Numbered from the stretch's first letter, positions 30,340 through 45,473 are shown. The stretch is DNA of 64,000 nucleotides from Bigelowiella natans CCMP2755 (GCA_000320545.1 ADNK01001866.1:5201-69200); one strand, 5' to 3'. Notes: generated by a model not told the origin, from the letters alone. Program-made: numbers and translations.

Positions 30340-30630
30340 TAAGATACAAATATAAAGTGTTAAGGGTTAAAGTGCTGACAGTATCCGGTCTTGATTAAGA
30401 ACGATGTAAACGAAGGATCCACCGAATACAAATAGCAGAAGCCACAGCCTCTGGAAATACCATGCGATGACAAAAGCGGCTACCCAAGCTCCCCTAACCA
30501 GCAATTCCCTACGAACACGCCTGCGTCGGTAGCTTCTCCACCGAGCTGTTGCTATTTGCGAAGCGGTGGCTTGACTTGTCATACCTAGCAGGGATATCCT
30601 GATGCTGAGAAGTGAGTTGTGTGCCGTCAT
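27071..30630 (-). CDS. ABHD13/Bem46-like alpha/beta hydrolase with N-terminal membrane anchor
   Basis: Spliced motifs: VRLKTEDG, CMHGNSGNMG, EYRGYGESEGEPSEEGLILDA, FGQSLGGAVA (nucleophile Ser), LENTFLSI, ILFLSGLHDHMVG (Asp), AKHSD (His). ORF 27071-27412 is the last exon. Start and one 5' junction are unresolved. Confidence 0.88.
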
Positions 30631-30693
30631 GTGTAACTCTGTTCTGTTCTGAGAGGTATCGTAGTTTCTACTGCTTCTACTTCCAACGAGTAT

Positions 30694-30729
<36 letters not shown>

Positions 30730-32291
30730 CATCACAACCACTACCAGCAATAAATGAAAAGTGACACGGAATGAGCGCCAAAAACCTAATCTTCTTTCGT
30801 GGGTGCGGTACGTTGGCAAAGACTTGCTTGCCTATCTATAAGTAGGGTAGTAAGGATGGGAAGAGTTCCGAAAAATTACAGGATGGTTCGACGTATGTGA
30901 GAAACTCTTTTGTTAAAAGGAAACAATAAAGGAACGTTAATCCCTGCTCTCATGAGGAGGGTGGCACGTACGTAGTATCTACACTTTGGTCCGACCCCAA
31001 ACCGAGGAGCATGTTCTTTCTCTTCTATCCGCTCACAAGGGATCCGATGATGTTCGCGAGGATCCGTCCAGACATGTCGTCAAGCAGATTTGCATGTCAT
31101 CTGCCTTTTGCGACATGAAATCATCGTTGTCGCAACATCTTGTGACAGGTCCTCAAAGACCGCTTTGAGTGTAGTTCATCATCATTGTTCTTTGTTCATT
31201 GTTCATTGTTCAAGGCATTCAATCGTGGATGAGTTAGCACTCGGTGATCCTTTCAGACCCCCTCATTGGAATCATTTCATTCATTCATTTGCGATTGAGG
31301 AGGAGGTGGAGCTTGGAACTTCTGATGAATCTCTCAACCGCACCATTCTAGCATTGGAAATGCTGCATTTCCAGATTTGTTCATTTGTTCGTCCACTGGT
31401 TTCGACAATCTATTCGGCCACATCACTTTGTCCACCTCACTCATTCATGTGTTCATTCAAACGATGAATGATGAGCACAGAAGAAACACACCACGTTGGA
31501 ACCGCTTGCCTGATGCATGCATGCACTCATTTGTGCTCAGTGCTCGTTCATTCAATGCGTCCAGACGTGCAATGCTCACAGCATGCTGCTCGCACAAACA
31601 CTTGAACACTTGCCCTGTTCGTCATTGAGAATCCCCTCTAGCCCTGTGTGCACGTGCCACCACGACGTTTCACACCAGTGCTGATGTGTCCAGTGAAAGA
31701 ACGACGCCCTGCCAATTGACCCCGCCAGCTAGCCAGCTAGCCAGCTAGCCAGGCACGCTCTAGCTAGTGCTGCATCAACTGTGGACACAGCTAGACAGCT
31801 GACAATGAAATTCATGCTGCTACTTGCGCTAGTGCCAGTGGCTTCTTTGCTTTTTTTCTGTGCACATGCTAGCATGCAAATCATCACGCAGCTAAAATCA
31901 AGTCCAAATGCATTTCAGGAACAAATCAAAGGGCACAGCTTCCTAGCTTCTTCCTACTTTTGCTTGCTACACGTTCTCCGATGCCACTCCATTGTGGCGA
32001 TGCGACATCTCACACGCTACACGTCATCAATTTCTCACACAAAATTACATGCAGTATCGTATTCACATACCTCATTGAAAAATACAAACAACTCATCATC
32101 TAATCGCATGTGTTTGGCAATAATTCGGAAGAACCATTCTTGAATATCACAAGAATTTAGTATCTACTGATTCATTGTTACATCTGAAAAGACACACCTA
32201 CAAAGCAGGAATTAAATTTGAATGCCCAATATGGTTTCAGTACAGCTGCTGGTACTGTAGTTGACTGCAGCATCGCTGCAGATTTGAATTA

Positions 32292-34097
32292 TTAATTTGC
32301 AATCCTTTTTCTTTTTTCACCGTTTGAAATTGCCAGACCTGTTGTGCCTGTGCAATAAGAGTTTCTGACATTGGAGTGGCAACATTTGTAACCCCATTTA
32401 CCATCCTTCCAATAGCTTCCCCAAACCGCAGTATGGTTATTGTCGTATACATCTTCAATGTATTTCGATTTGGGAATCGCAGGCTCTTTGCCTTTGATAA
32501 GGTGTCCATCCTCGTCGTACTCTACATAGTTTTCTGATTGATTTAGCAAAAGTTCCTTTGCCGGAGCTTTTAAATGCTTTACACCACCATACTTATCAAG
32601 TACAGACCGACGGAGATTATTAACTTGTTGCATCCTGCGTTTTTGTTCCGACTGAAAGTGAAGCTCAGCCTGACTCGGGGCAGCTTGTAAGTGCACGTCA
32701 CTATCACCATCGTCATTTTTAGCGAAAGCAAAGAGCTGCAGTTTTTTAATCTTCTGTGCATCTCCGCTCATACGGACAAAGTTATCTCCCGCATATGTCA
32801 AATCGCTAGGGTCCTTCTCTGGGTGAGGATTTGCACGCATGGAACGAGTTTTCGGATCATAATGGGCCGATTTCGTGCTGAGATTGAGCAAATACTTGGC
32901 CGTGTCCTCACGGATACGCAAGTTGCGGACGGTGGTACGTGTGCGAGCGTCACGCTTTTGGATTACTTCTCCTACATCATCTTTAAGTTCATCCCCCGAC
33001 TCTCCCTCCTCATCATCACTATCTGAATCACTGTCACTATCAGAGTCGGAGTCAGAATCAGCATCTGGATTGGCTTCTCTTTTTGCCTTCTTCTGCGCGC
33101 GCTTCTTCTGTCTGCGTAGCAGCCTGTCCCTGAGTACAAAATCAACGTAAGAGGCTGACAATTTCCCAAATTTTCATTTCTATGCTTCTTTTCGCAACTA
33201 ACTTTTTCTTCGCAGCTTTCCTTCTCATTTGTTCGTCAAGTTCTTTTGCTTTCTTCTTTCTCCTCGCTAATTCCACTTTCTGATGAACTGTGATAGTTTA
33301 TGGGCAAAATTTAGTTCGTTTTCAGGGTTTTCCGGAGGAAAAGGTGTACAAAAAGAAGAATCGTATCATCCACTTACAGTTAATGATGTCCTTGTATTTG
33401 GAGGTATCATATCCTTTCCAACGATCTCGTTTCGCATCGAAACTGCCAGTCTCGTGATGCTTCACAACCTCGTCCGCAACGCATTTATTCGTGAACCTTG
33501 CGCCTCTGCGACGGGGGCGCTCAACACAATCCTTTTTCTAAACACAAAAAATACGAGCTTCAGGCAATCTGAATATAGCGACATGAATCACTATAATCAC
33601 AGCTATCACTATGAAAATACCTTGTGCGTCATTGCCCCGCAATTTTCACAGGCACCTTTTCTCCACTTCGAAGCCTTTTTGCCCCTCTTGAACTTCGGCT
33701 CAAATTTTGTCCTTATCGAGCTTTTCTCTTTGTCGACCCCGAAGTGTGACTGTCGCTGGTGCTTCAGACCAACTTTACCATCACTAATATACCATGGTGC
33801 CACCGACATGTACTGCGGAATGTGCGGGTTAATCATGTTTCCCTCCTCATCGATCTCGGGGGGAGCAACGGCGAGCTTTCGGAGCTCCTCCAGCTCCTTC
33901 GCCTTTTTAAAGTCCTCACGAGAACGTCCTGTGGATAGTATAAATGATAGAATTAGGGTCATGAGTTCAAGTTCTCGCAATCATCAAATGCATTTGAAAC
34001 AATACTGTTCGACAATACAATGATGAATATGAACTCCTCAACACTTATGGAAATAATAATGGGTGGCTTCAAAATAAATTTCCGTACGTGCTGCCAT
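32292..34097 (-). CDS. SLU7: Pre-mRNA splicing factor SLU7
   Basis: [37 protein letters not shown] zinc knuckle, [43 protein letters not shown]...WGYKCCHS...YCTG. Confidence 0.95.
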
Positions 34098-35290
34098 GGT
34101 GGTTCTCCTTGGGCTTTTGCCTTCCGATCAGACTGCTTATCTCCGCGATGGGGCTTTTTTCTCCTCGCGTTCGTTGGTGGGTGTGCGCCAGAGCTGTGTA
34201 CGATAAAGGATAATTTTTATACGAGACAAGCTATGTTGTAGACACACAGTAAAAATAGCTCTATGTTTTAGTTTCATCTTCTTTGCATTTATTCACCTGA
34301 ATTACATGTCTAAGACAAGGCATGTGGCTCATATTTTTCATCAAAACGAATCTCCCTCTCATGAGATCTCTGGAGGTCCACCAGAGAATTTGCTCGGTTG
34401 CCTAGAACGAGCGATTTGGCCCTCGTCCTGCTAGTCCAACTGTTTGAGCACATCCAGCTACATCAATAACAGCAGTGCCAATGGCACATCTCATTGGGAT
34501 GTTGAAGTGAACACGAATCTTGAATCTTCAATCATTCAAGGAATTCAAGGTCGTTCGTTCACAGCCAGCACTGGAGCAGGCTGGACTCTGCTAGCTCTGG
34601 AGCTGGACTGGCAACTGGAAAAGGCTGGCAGGTCGAAACCACGTGTGGCCAATTCGTTCAAGTCAGCTGGCCCGCAGCCCGGCATGTACGCGGTGCGTAC
34701 GCGCTGCTTACTTGCCCGTCCACTGGACTAGTTGAGGCGCGTGCAACTTGTCAGCAGTGCTAGCAGTGACAGGCTAGCCAGTTGCACACACACCTGCTGG
34801 CCTGCTTGCTAGCTTCTTGGAACGCCAGAACGTCGAGTGAACGAACTGCACTCGCGCCACAGCGCACATTCTTTGCTCTTTTGATTTCTAGATTTGCTGC
34901 ACTCCAGCACCATGGCACTGCACACCAAACATGCACCACTGCTGGACTGGACTAGCTAGCTAGAATGAACAAAGCTAGAAAGCTAGAAAGCCATGTGGAA
35001 AGACCAACAACAACTCAACCTAGCTAGCTAGTCAACGAATGTTCAGATTGTATACAGATGCCCTGCCAGCATGGAACGACGACGAGAGTCCGCATGCATG
35101 CATGTCTAGACGTGTGCGCACGCTAGCTAGCTGGCACGCACGTGTGCATTCATCACATGACCATCATCATCACCATCATCATCGTACGTAGGCGTTTCAT
35201 CACAGCCATCTCATGTTCATTGCATTGGTCAACTATACAACGTGTTGTAGTCATTCCAGATTTCGAGAATCTGCTGCAATTTTTCGAAAT

Positions 35291-38200
35291 TCATTTTGGT
35301 GGTGCAATTGCGACATTGAGTTTGGATCTGACAAGTTTTGTGCTAGAAGGCTCAAGACCATTCTCTTTGCGTGGTGCGTCAGTCCGAAATTTGAGTGTGA
35401 GAAGTGGCGTTACTGGCCGTACAGATTGTGTGTCAGTTAGGGCTGGAGACGATCGAGCTTTTGTCAACACTGGCATTGCTGGGGTCAGAGGTCTGCTCAC
35501 TTTGTTTACAACCTGTCTTTTCATGTTCTTCTTGTCGGCACTAGAACGACGCATGAGATTGTATTGACAGGCAGATAAAGACTCCATGAATTCGTTGCCG
35601 CTTATAGCGATCGATGAGCACCCCGATGCAAGTGATAGTAAATCACGATCCGGATCCGTTGAGTCCAAAGATCCGGTTTCCGAATCATTTCGAGAAAAAC
35701 TTGCGAGCAGAGTAGAGGGAATGGAACCTCGATTGTTATTCTTGTTTAAAGGAAATCTTTGATCTCTTTGAAAATTCGCAATGTTATCTTCTTGTGCAGT
35801 CGAAGGGTTTGTTAGAGATCGCTCTCTTGTTATTCTTGGGGAGAGCAAGTCGATGTAATTGCGCCGTCGGCGCCCGCTTCTATTCGCAGCTGAATTTGCC
35901 CTGTGACGTCTGGATGGGACCTGCGGAGATGATACCTTTGGCGCCGGTTCGCTGTGATTCCCGAAAATTAATGCCTTTTTCGGGGGGGATGATTTGTAAA
36001 TTAAGTATATCTTTAACTGACTAGATGTCTTACTTCCATACCTGGTATCTGATGAGAAATTCAATGCAATCGATGGTATGTTTAACCATCTACAAAGGTT
36101 AAAAATAACCAATTTAAGTCTCAAAATGTGTTGTTAATGTTGTATATTGTCTGACCAACATAGCTTCTGTACTGATCAGGGGTGGTCGGAGTAGATTAGG
36201 TGCCCTAAATTTATATGGCATTCGTTGTTGCTCTCTAACTCACTCAAAATTATTCGAGATATACCAAACGATAGCAAGATTGTATTCAGGCATTTTATTT
36301 TTCTCCGATTGTGCAGCAACCTGGAGGACATTCAAACCTTTACTACGTTTTCTGAACAACTTTTACCTATACATTACCTTAGAGAGAAACCACATTAGAT
36401 AGTGTAGAACTATCAAATTTGAGTGAGGAAGTTGCCCGACAAGATTCGAATACTGGTCAATGCGCTTTTGCGTATTCATAGCCAACTTTGTACTACATAT
36501 TTTCACATATATTAGAATGTACATCTTGATTTCATTATGAAGAATCGCTACCTGGTACCATTGTCAACCGTACTTTTATTTTCATTCTACAAAAAGAATA
36601 TAACGATGTCTATTACGTTATCTAAGGTCTTAAAGAACAAATTTGTATACCTTCCTCCAATCTGCAGCAGCCTTTGTGAAGGTGACAAATTTATCTTGTG
36701 GAATTATCGGGTCTTGAAGCTGAAAGTAAACATAAATTTGAATTACAAACACTCGTCTTTGGAAAGATTAGCGAGTACCTGTCTGAAATAAGCTTTTAGG
36801 ACGCATGCTGCTTCGTGCGAGGATGAAAACATAGCTGTTTATAGGTAGAAATTTTGGGTAAAAACAGTTCAGTCTCCATAACAGTACTACCTTCACCCCT
36901 GCTGCTTTGTCTAACAAGAAGCTATGAAACATATGTGCAAAAATTATCGTTACTTGTAGAAGTGTCTCTTACAGGTTAGTACATTTGTAGATTCTTCTTT
37001 ATTGATATCCAATAGCCCATCGTACGCCAGTTGAATTGACCTTCACAAAAAATGATCCTTCTAATCTACATAGAAAGTAATATATATCACAAAATTTCGT
37101 ACAACCGAATCTTCTTTGAATCTCCTTCAATTCTGATGGAAGAAATTTTATTAGTACGAACAGCTTCTCTTTGAGATAGAGTTTCTCGATGGTCGTATTG
37201 TTACCGAAATATTCCCGGAGTTTCAATTCGATTACAGTCCAGAATATATTCAACACAGTCGTAACTGATTAAAAACAATTTTATTTATAGTGATAAAGAG
37301 TTTCATTTAGCGTTTATCCCTACCAGGGGTCTGGAATGGGACTGTGTGCGAGTTCAACTCCCCTAAGCATACGGAAAAGATTATTTTTTAGTAACAATTC
37401 GTGAAAAACGTGACCTCTTACCTATCTAACGTAGTTCCGAATATTTGAGAGCTGTGAATTTTCTCAGAATGTTCTCGCCCGAGCCAAGTTATTCCGCTTC
37501 TCCGGCGCGACAAAGGGCGCCTAAGGATGATTAATACTAGTTAATTGAATTTATACTCTTAATTAGCATAAATCGACTCACGGGGTTGATGGCAAAGCTC
37601 GTCTTCTCCCACTATTAGCAATACGATAAACTGGGGGCGTCACGTTCAAAGACATTCTAGATCCATAATCAAGTTGAGACTTTTAAAGATACATGTGATG
37701 AACTGGAAGCAAAAACCTTCGATTAGACTTCAGTATTGTATCTCGCTTATTAGTCCTGCTCGTAAAATTATCATTGGCAACTGTCATAGTATTCACTATG
37801 GGTGAACCAACCTTTGTAAGTTGGTCAATACGACATCGCTGTCCTCGTTGTTATCGTTCCAACTGACAAGAAGTCATGTCAATTCACATTAGCCATTTTG
37901 ATGTGGACATAAAAGATGTTATTGATTGTCGCTGATACTCACCGCCACATAGTTGCAGCTCGATGAGGTACAAAACGAAACGCAAGATGTAGTGTACCAT
38001 ATGATCGTGAACCTGCACATGTTGTCATCTATAGGTATGTATTCTGTACTTTGAATTTAATGTATTACGGAATTTTCCAGACAAATCTTTATACAATTCA
38101 TAGTTCGCCGAGAATACGTTTTTTGAACACTCTGTAAAGAATAAAACTGTATATGAAGTCCTCAAGTATAATCCAGATAAATACCTTGCTGTTGACTCCG

Positions 38201-39407
38201 ATTGTGATGGAATGTGAGGCCTTGTACTTCAGAGAGGGGGCGATCGCCCTGTAAAAGGATATAAGTTGTAGACGTGGTAGTTCTCAAATTTCGTGCTGCA
38301 GTAAGTTACCGATATAAGAGGATTTAGAAATGGCAAAACGTCTGAGAGGTGGAGAATGACCTGCATGGTTTCATAAAGTTAGATTTATAAATTTTTAGAT
38401 AATGTAATCACACCCGTCCCTCGGTGCTCCTTTTCCTCACAATCTGGATGAAAAAAAATATACGAAACTCAATCTCTCCGTACATAAACAACATTATCGA
38501 TGAGTAAACCTTTATTTTGAGTGAGTTGGCCCAGGGTTTTATCGGAATACGGAGGGTGTAGTTCCAGACTGGATTGGTTCTACTGCTTGTAGCCGAAGGT
38601 GTCTGCACACAAGGGTTTTTATGCTTTGTCACAGAAAATTTCCATAATCACATCAACTGGAATGGCTATCAGTCACTTCATAAAGGACTCTATTGCTGTT
38701 GTTCTTAGATTTCCAATTTCTAGGTGTGAGCGCCTCATTGCTAGACTTTGGTGGAAGAACTTCAACGAGAACGTAATGTGATGATTGCTAAAACCATTTG
38801 TTAGTCAATTGATGGAATCTATATATTGTTCTATAATTATAGATGCAACCCCATTTCCTTTGGAGAATGTGGATGATTTGCCCCCAAGATTGGAAGCCCG
38901 TATCTTCGCATGAGTTAAAAAAATTATCACAGGAAGAAAGTTTCATCAAATACAACTGTTACCACTGTAAGAAGAAGGTCTCCCTGTAGGAATACCGCAG
39001 CACGAGGTGCCTGTAAAGAAACACCTCTTATAAGGTGAAGTTTATTGACATAAGCGCTGATATAACCAGATCGCGTACTCCAGTATTAATCTTTATAGGG
39101 GTGCGTTGTGTCCCGAAGATGGTCGATAGTTTTTGTGCAAAAGAATGCTGTGGGACAACACCGAGAGCGTCCTTCCTCGATCTAAATAACAAATTATTGT
39201 CACTTTGTATCTTTATTACAGTGCAAGCTTGTACTTCTGCTCTCTGCTTGTAACATGAGTAACATGAGTCCTCCGAAGAAGAAAGATCTCTCCAACACTG
39301 CTTCCTCCCTTAAAATTTCCAAAACCACGATTTCCTTTCTCTGGCATCTTAGGAGGCCCGCTTGTAACACTAAACTTTCGGAAACCGGTCATCCGACGCC
39401 GCTTCAT
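35291..39407 (-). CDS. Multi-exon RhoGAP-domain protein with upstream C2-like domain and S/R-rich tail
   Basis: RhoGAP motifs HEAACVLKAYFRQ|LQDPIIP (about 36700-36830), VAAQSEKNKMPEYNLAIV (about 36270-36320) and APNLLRP. C2-like TNPVWNYTLRIPIKPWANSLKIK (about 38510-38590). Many short AT-rich introns; full structure not resolved. Confidence 0.75.
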
Positions 39408-40943
39408 TTAGGTGGCTACTTTTCGTCGAAAATCGAAAGTCCAAATTATGTCGGCGGAACGGCTCCGAAGCTTCAAGGTTGACAATCCACTCATGTATGC
39501 ACTGATGTAACAGAAACTCTTATCTAGTTGCATCGTATTCCAAAATTTTCAAAATACCAATCCATCATCTTCGACATTTCTTGCCCAAACGGACGCCAAA
39601 CCCCGGAAGCCTTTGGGGAAGGAGTTTTAGTGAAGGATTGGCTTCGGTTCAAGTACGACTCATCAGGGGCCAGCTTCCAGTCCCATCGAACCTGTGGAAA
39701 TTTGAACCAAATCTAGCAATTACAATGAATATCGATTTCGCTGATTTTTTCCCGATTTTATGTGACGTTGTATTTGTGCATTCGTGCATTTGCACGTTCA
39801 TGCGTTCATGCCATGTACATGCGTTCATGCGTTCATGTGTGTTGCATGTTGCATGTCAAGTTGCCAAGCCAACGCGTTCTGTTGTTCTGTTGTTCTGTTG
39901 TGCAACCTCTCCATCAATAACAGTGTGTATTGCCATCGATGCAAAACGTCAATGATTGACGCTGATGCAAATGGTGAAAGCTGTTGTCCAAAATAGTTGC
40001 GGATGGCGTGCTCCCTTGCCCCACTTCCCCTCGTCCGCTTGTTTTCCCGAGCAAGGACAATCCTACTGAAACAGGAATGGGACTCGTTTCTTCATTGCGA
40101 CAATACCAACATGCGTATTTTGTAATACGACTTCCCTCGGAGGAAATTCCGAATAATTATTTTGTCTCGACCTACAAATGGCTTGGTTTCCTGTGATTTT
40201 TCTCCTTGCGAAGTCGATCTTCGTACACAAAAAATGGGCTGCCTTCCGATCCAGTGGCAAGGCAGCACAACGCATACCGAGGAATTAACGACCAAAGAAC
40301 TTATTCTTCGTTTAAAGAATAGCACGAATGGCCTGGAATTCGCCTTAGAAACACAATTTGGCAGCGAAATGTAAAGATAACGGGTCCCGAGAGGATTTGA
40401 GGCAGCTGCAGTAAGCTACCGTCAGCTTGCGATTTGACCTGAGATCTCCTATTAGGATGTCTATCGGATAAAAATTGGCCTATTCCTTTTTTACGACGGC
40501 TTTGGTCGGCGTTAAGTGATCTTGAACGTTCTCGTTATTTTTGTCATCATTTATGAGCTGAAAACATCTTGTGAAATCGGACACACTTCACGAAATTGGG
40601 TCCTGGATTTCTTTGCACGTGACGTAACATATAATGTCCACCACCTCAAACTAGGTGGTACATTTTCCTCTTCTCTTCCCCTCTGCTCCCTCGAATCCGT
40701 CTGATCAGAAGAAATACTTTTCCGTACCAACACTAGGCTTTCCCCTGACTGCCAAGTTTAGGTAGCACCGCTTCGTCTGTCTGGGATCCGAGCAGGTTTA
40801 AGAAGAAGAATTCTGAACAAAAGTTCCCAGAACGCTTTTAAATTTGCTCATACCCGGGAGACCTCACAACTATGTCAAATTAGGCTGAAGACGGGAGCTT
40901 GACTATCGGTCACGAAGGAGTAATTTGCGGTAGGAGGGCGATA

Positions 40944-43237
40944 ATGACATCCCCTCCCTCAAAAATCACAATATCCACCAAACCCATAGCAGCTGCTACC
41001 ACCAGCACTACACGAGGTTTCAGAGTCGGAGATCGCGTGTCGCTTACCAAAACGGGGCATCGGGGCAGGTACGTATTATAATGTGGCAAAATAATTCCAC
41101 CGTGAGATCTCCCATTCTCACAGTAGCGCTCGTCATCATCTTGTTCTATGAAGCCCGAAATTCACTCATTTAATCATTTTTTCGTTCATTCATAATTTTC
41201 TTCTTTTCCTCGTTCATTCATAATTTTCTTCTTTTCCGTCCGCTTTCTCGTTGTTCCACTCCTCCCGCCCTCCTTTTTTCACGCCGCAATGCATTGTTAC
41301 ATAGAGTTGCGTATGAAGGGAAGGTGAAGTTCAGACCAGGCCACTTCATAGGAGTGGTCCTCGAAAGACCTGTTGGACTGAATAATGGCGTGGTTAAGGG
41401 AGTCAGGTAGAAGTAGTAGAGGTAATGGTAGAAGCACAACTACTAGTTGCTGTTGTCTGGGTGGATGGGAGCAATCGATATTTTTTGGTATTCATAGCGC
41501 ACGCAACACGCGGACAAAAGATCATTATGTTTCATGCTGCCTCATATTAGGTACTTTGAATGCAAGCCACGCTATGGAATTTTTGTCCGGGCACCAGCTC
41601 TTAGCTTAATCGAAGCCGCGAAATCAGTAAAAAATAGTGGTAGTACGAGTAGGACGAATAGAAGTGGGAGGATGATTTCCAGCTCCAGGAGTACAATGAG
41701 CAACGGTAGCAGTAGTAGTAGTAGTGGTGGTGGTAGCAGCAGCATAAACAAAGCTAGTGCCATCGATCCATTGTCCAAAAGTGGGCGGGTGAGCATTCCT
41801 GTCGTCAAGGTAGCAGCAGATGAACAATAGGCTAGTTTAATAGAAGAATGGGGACCCATGGCCTTGCGGCAGTTTCTGTATGCCAATGAATTGTGTGGTT
41901 ATCGTCCATCCAAAATGCCGCTGCCCCCTCAGAATATCATCAACCGATACACATTATCACGCACTGGATATGGTCACATGCACTCGAGGACCAGCATCTT
42001 TTAACTACTTGTGATTCGCAGAGGCGTTCATCAAAACCACGGGCTAATTCTGCGAAATCTGCAAAGCAGGTGAGATGCGTTGTCGCATGGTGTTGACGTC
42101 GGTGTCATCGAGCTGCCTGGTGCTGGTGCTGCTACTGCTGCTGCTGCTGATGATGATGGTGGTGGTGGTGGTGGTACCAACGTTGCCTAATAAAGGCGAC
42201 ACGATCATAGCGATCAGGGGAAAAACAACGACGACAACCAACGCGAGTGGAATTTTGATGTCTTTGTCTGATACTACTGTTGCTGTTCTTATTGCGTCGT
42301 CGTGATCTGCGGGATTGAAACCTCCGTGAGGATGATGTGCTTACCTCGTATCGCTGCCATTCAGATTGCGCGGATAGTCTCCACAGTGTCTAGCCGGGCA
42401 AAAACGAAGCTCAACAAACCTTCCGAGTAGCTCACACAATAGACAATGATTTGATACCAGCCGAGGCACCGATTATTTTGTGCTTCTTCTGCTGCCGCAG
42501 CAGAACCCAAATATACCAGCTATTCTTTCACTGTCTTTGAATTCGCCACATAGCTGTATTAGTTTGAAATATTTTATCTTTCCGTCTTCCCGCCAAACGG
42601 GTAGAGGGGGTGTTGCCTCCATAGGCTCTTTGATGTTGTTGCTGCTGCTGCCTCTGCCAACGAATCATTCTTGCAAGCGATATTGTCGCTATGCCGACCG
42701 GATTTTTATTATAAGGGAAATTGAAGAAGAATGACAACTATTGTGTTGCATGATTCTTAGGAAGGGCGGAGTGCGCTCCAGTAGCAGGAGGAAAGTCGTC
42801 AGATCACAGGCCTCTCCTCGTGCAGGGTCATCAGATTCGACTCGGAGCCATCTTCATCATCGTCGTAATCCGCTTGCCGCCTCCCCATCCCCTCGGAGTA
42901 GAGCGAGGCCACAGCAAGGACAGACTGCCGGTTTTTCAAGGCAACAAGCAACCCATCAATCGTCGTCACCGTATAATAATAATATACCGAAGATGGCCTG
43001 TGGAAAGAAGACGATGACAACGACGAAGATCAAGAAGAAAGGGACAAGTGCTGAAGTAGAGAAGAAAACCAAAAAAAGAAACGACGAAGACTACGACGAT
43101 GGCTATGACAGCAACAGCAGTAGCAGCATCAACGTGAGCATGATCCTCATTTCTTCATTACGAGCACAAATTAAAGACCTGAAGGCTCAGTTGGCCGCTG
43201 CGACGATGACACAGTCTTCCTCGATACCAACTACGAG

Positions 43238-43275
<38 letters not shown>

Positions 43276-45043
43276 GTGGTGGTAATAATAGCAAGAAGGA
43301 AACCAAAACTATTGAGAGTGTAGTGCCACATTCGATGGTGACGACGACGACGACAAAGCCTCAAACAGAAGTGTTAGCTTCGGTACTAGAGGGCAAGGAG
43401 TCTTCTTCTGCATTAATAGGAGGTGGTGGGGTCGTCGTTGCCAATGAAAATGAGAAAAAAGATACTAACTGTAAAGATGACAAAATGAACGAAGATGGGG
43501 GGGGAGAAGAACTACGTAGTCTCCGTGCCAAACTCATAAAGGTGACTGCAAAGTAGATGCTGAATAAGTAGTGGTAGGAAGTAGGAAGAGGAGGAGTAGT
43601 ATCAGCAAAATGCAATTAGTTGTTTCCGAGGCAATGACTGATCGGATGAAACAAACGAACACCCGTCCCCAAATATGCCCTGCGATTTACATCAAAACAA
43701 GAAGCGGTAGTAGTGTTTCCTACGCTGTGTGTCTGTCCTCCTGTGGAGCAGCCGAAAGGGATGAATAAAAATACTCTTCGGTATTTTCATCTCTCCTGAA
43801 GGTTTTGATTCGTGCTTTGTCTTCTTCGCAACCATTCGTACGAGCGGGGGCAAACGCACACTCCACTGTATTAAACATCATTGTCATTTCTTGTGGAAAA
43901 TCAGGCTGAGTCAGAGCTGAGAGGGTCTTCCCATCGTGTTGAAGTGCTGCAGAGGAAGAATGATGCCGCACAGGCGGAGATCAAGGTACATAGATGGGAG
44001 TCCTGCAGTCGATACCAATGCTGCCGCTTAGGGTGCGTGTTAACTTGTAAGGAGGGTGGGAAATCTTCGAATTACTTTTCAAATATATCATCAAGCAGTA
44101 TTCGTTCTCACAAGAGTCATTCGTTTCGCCATTCCACGGGCAACGGGGATAGAACCTTTCACATTCATAATCGCTGATGTCGTCGCCGTCGTCGTCGTCG
44201 TTTGTCAGAAAATGGCCGAGGAGATCGGTTCCCTACGGAAGAGCTTGATGAGCAGTACCGGTATTCCAGCAAGTGAGGAAATGCGCAAAGAGGAGGCTGC
44301 AAAGCAGCACAGGCAGGGCACGGAAGGAGGAGGAGAAGAAGGAAAAGAAGAATTAGGATATTCGTCCGCAGTAAATGTTAGTTCTTCTGCTACTAACGTT
44401 CAACAAGAAGGTAGGTCACCGTGAGAGCCGACTTGTCCACTATCATCATCATCACCATCATCGTTATCATCATCATCAATAATGATAACAAATAACACCA
44501 TCTTCATTGCCACAAACTGTTGTTGCTGCTGCTGCTGCTGCTACTACTACTACTACTGCTACAATCTCTTGCAGCAGCTGTCGATCGGGAGGTGGTAGCC
44601 CTTTTGAAAGGCAAAGTAGCGTCACAAGAGAAGAAGGTGAGAGGAGGACCGTGACAACGACGAACACTACTCCTGACAAAATGAATATCTGTGCTGCTGC
44701 TGCTGCCCCCGCTTATCCTTCTCGTACTAGAATAGTGGTGATCAAGACTACAGCAAGAGCAAACTGCATGCTATTGCGTTTATTCTCTAACCTTTATCTC
44801 CCTCCTCCCTCCTGTGCCTGCCCTCCCTCCCTTCTTTCCTTCCTCCACGCGTCACATCGGCAAAACATACCAGATAAAGCGGCTAATTGACTCGGCGGAG
44901 GAGCATGCGAGCCTCATGAGAAAAGAGCTTAGCGACAAGATTGCTAAGCTGCAAAAGTCCACAGCGTAATATTCTTACACTATCCACGCTTCTCCCACTG
45001 CCCAAGCCTTCTCTCCACAATTATATATGTGAATATATACACA

Positions 45044-45084
<41 letters not shown>

Positions 45085-45442
45085 CCCCTCTCTTCCGGTT
45101 TATTCCACCAGGGTCTGTGAAAGGCTACAGAGTCAGGTTAGCGAGGGGAAGAAGAAGATGTCGAAGCTGATGCATCAGAACAAGCGCCTACGCCTCAAAG
45201 GGGCGGGCAGGCAGTCTCAGCAGCATGGGAAAATGGCGCTGGCGCAGTTCAAACGGCTCGACGGAAAAATCAAGGTTCCATGTTGGTTATCGAGGTGGAG
45301 GTGGTGCCTGTTTTTGCTGCTGCTTCTACTACTATGTTGCTCTGGTTATGTGCGATCATCGTAAAACATTCAAGTGCCGCTGAAAATCGTCGACGTTCCA
45401 TCATTATCGTCACGATTTTTATGAAGAATTGCTGCATGCGGG

Positions 45443-45473
<31 letters not shown>

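Noticed and set aside
39984-40733. Short overlapping ORFs between the RhoGAP and CAP-Gly genes
   Set aside because: No recognisable motif or consistent exon chain; may be UTR, promoter or a decayed fragment.
41182-41237. 28-bp tandem duplication in a CAP-Gly intron
   Set aside because: Simple slippage duplication not touching splice sites; two units without spacers, so not CRISPR-like.
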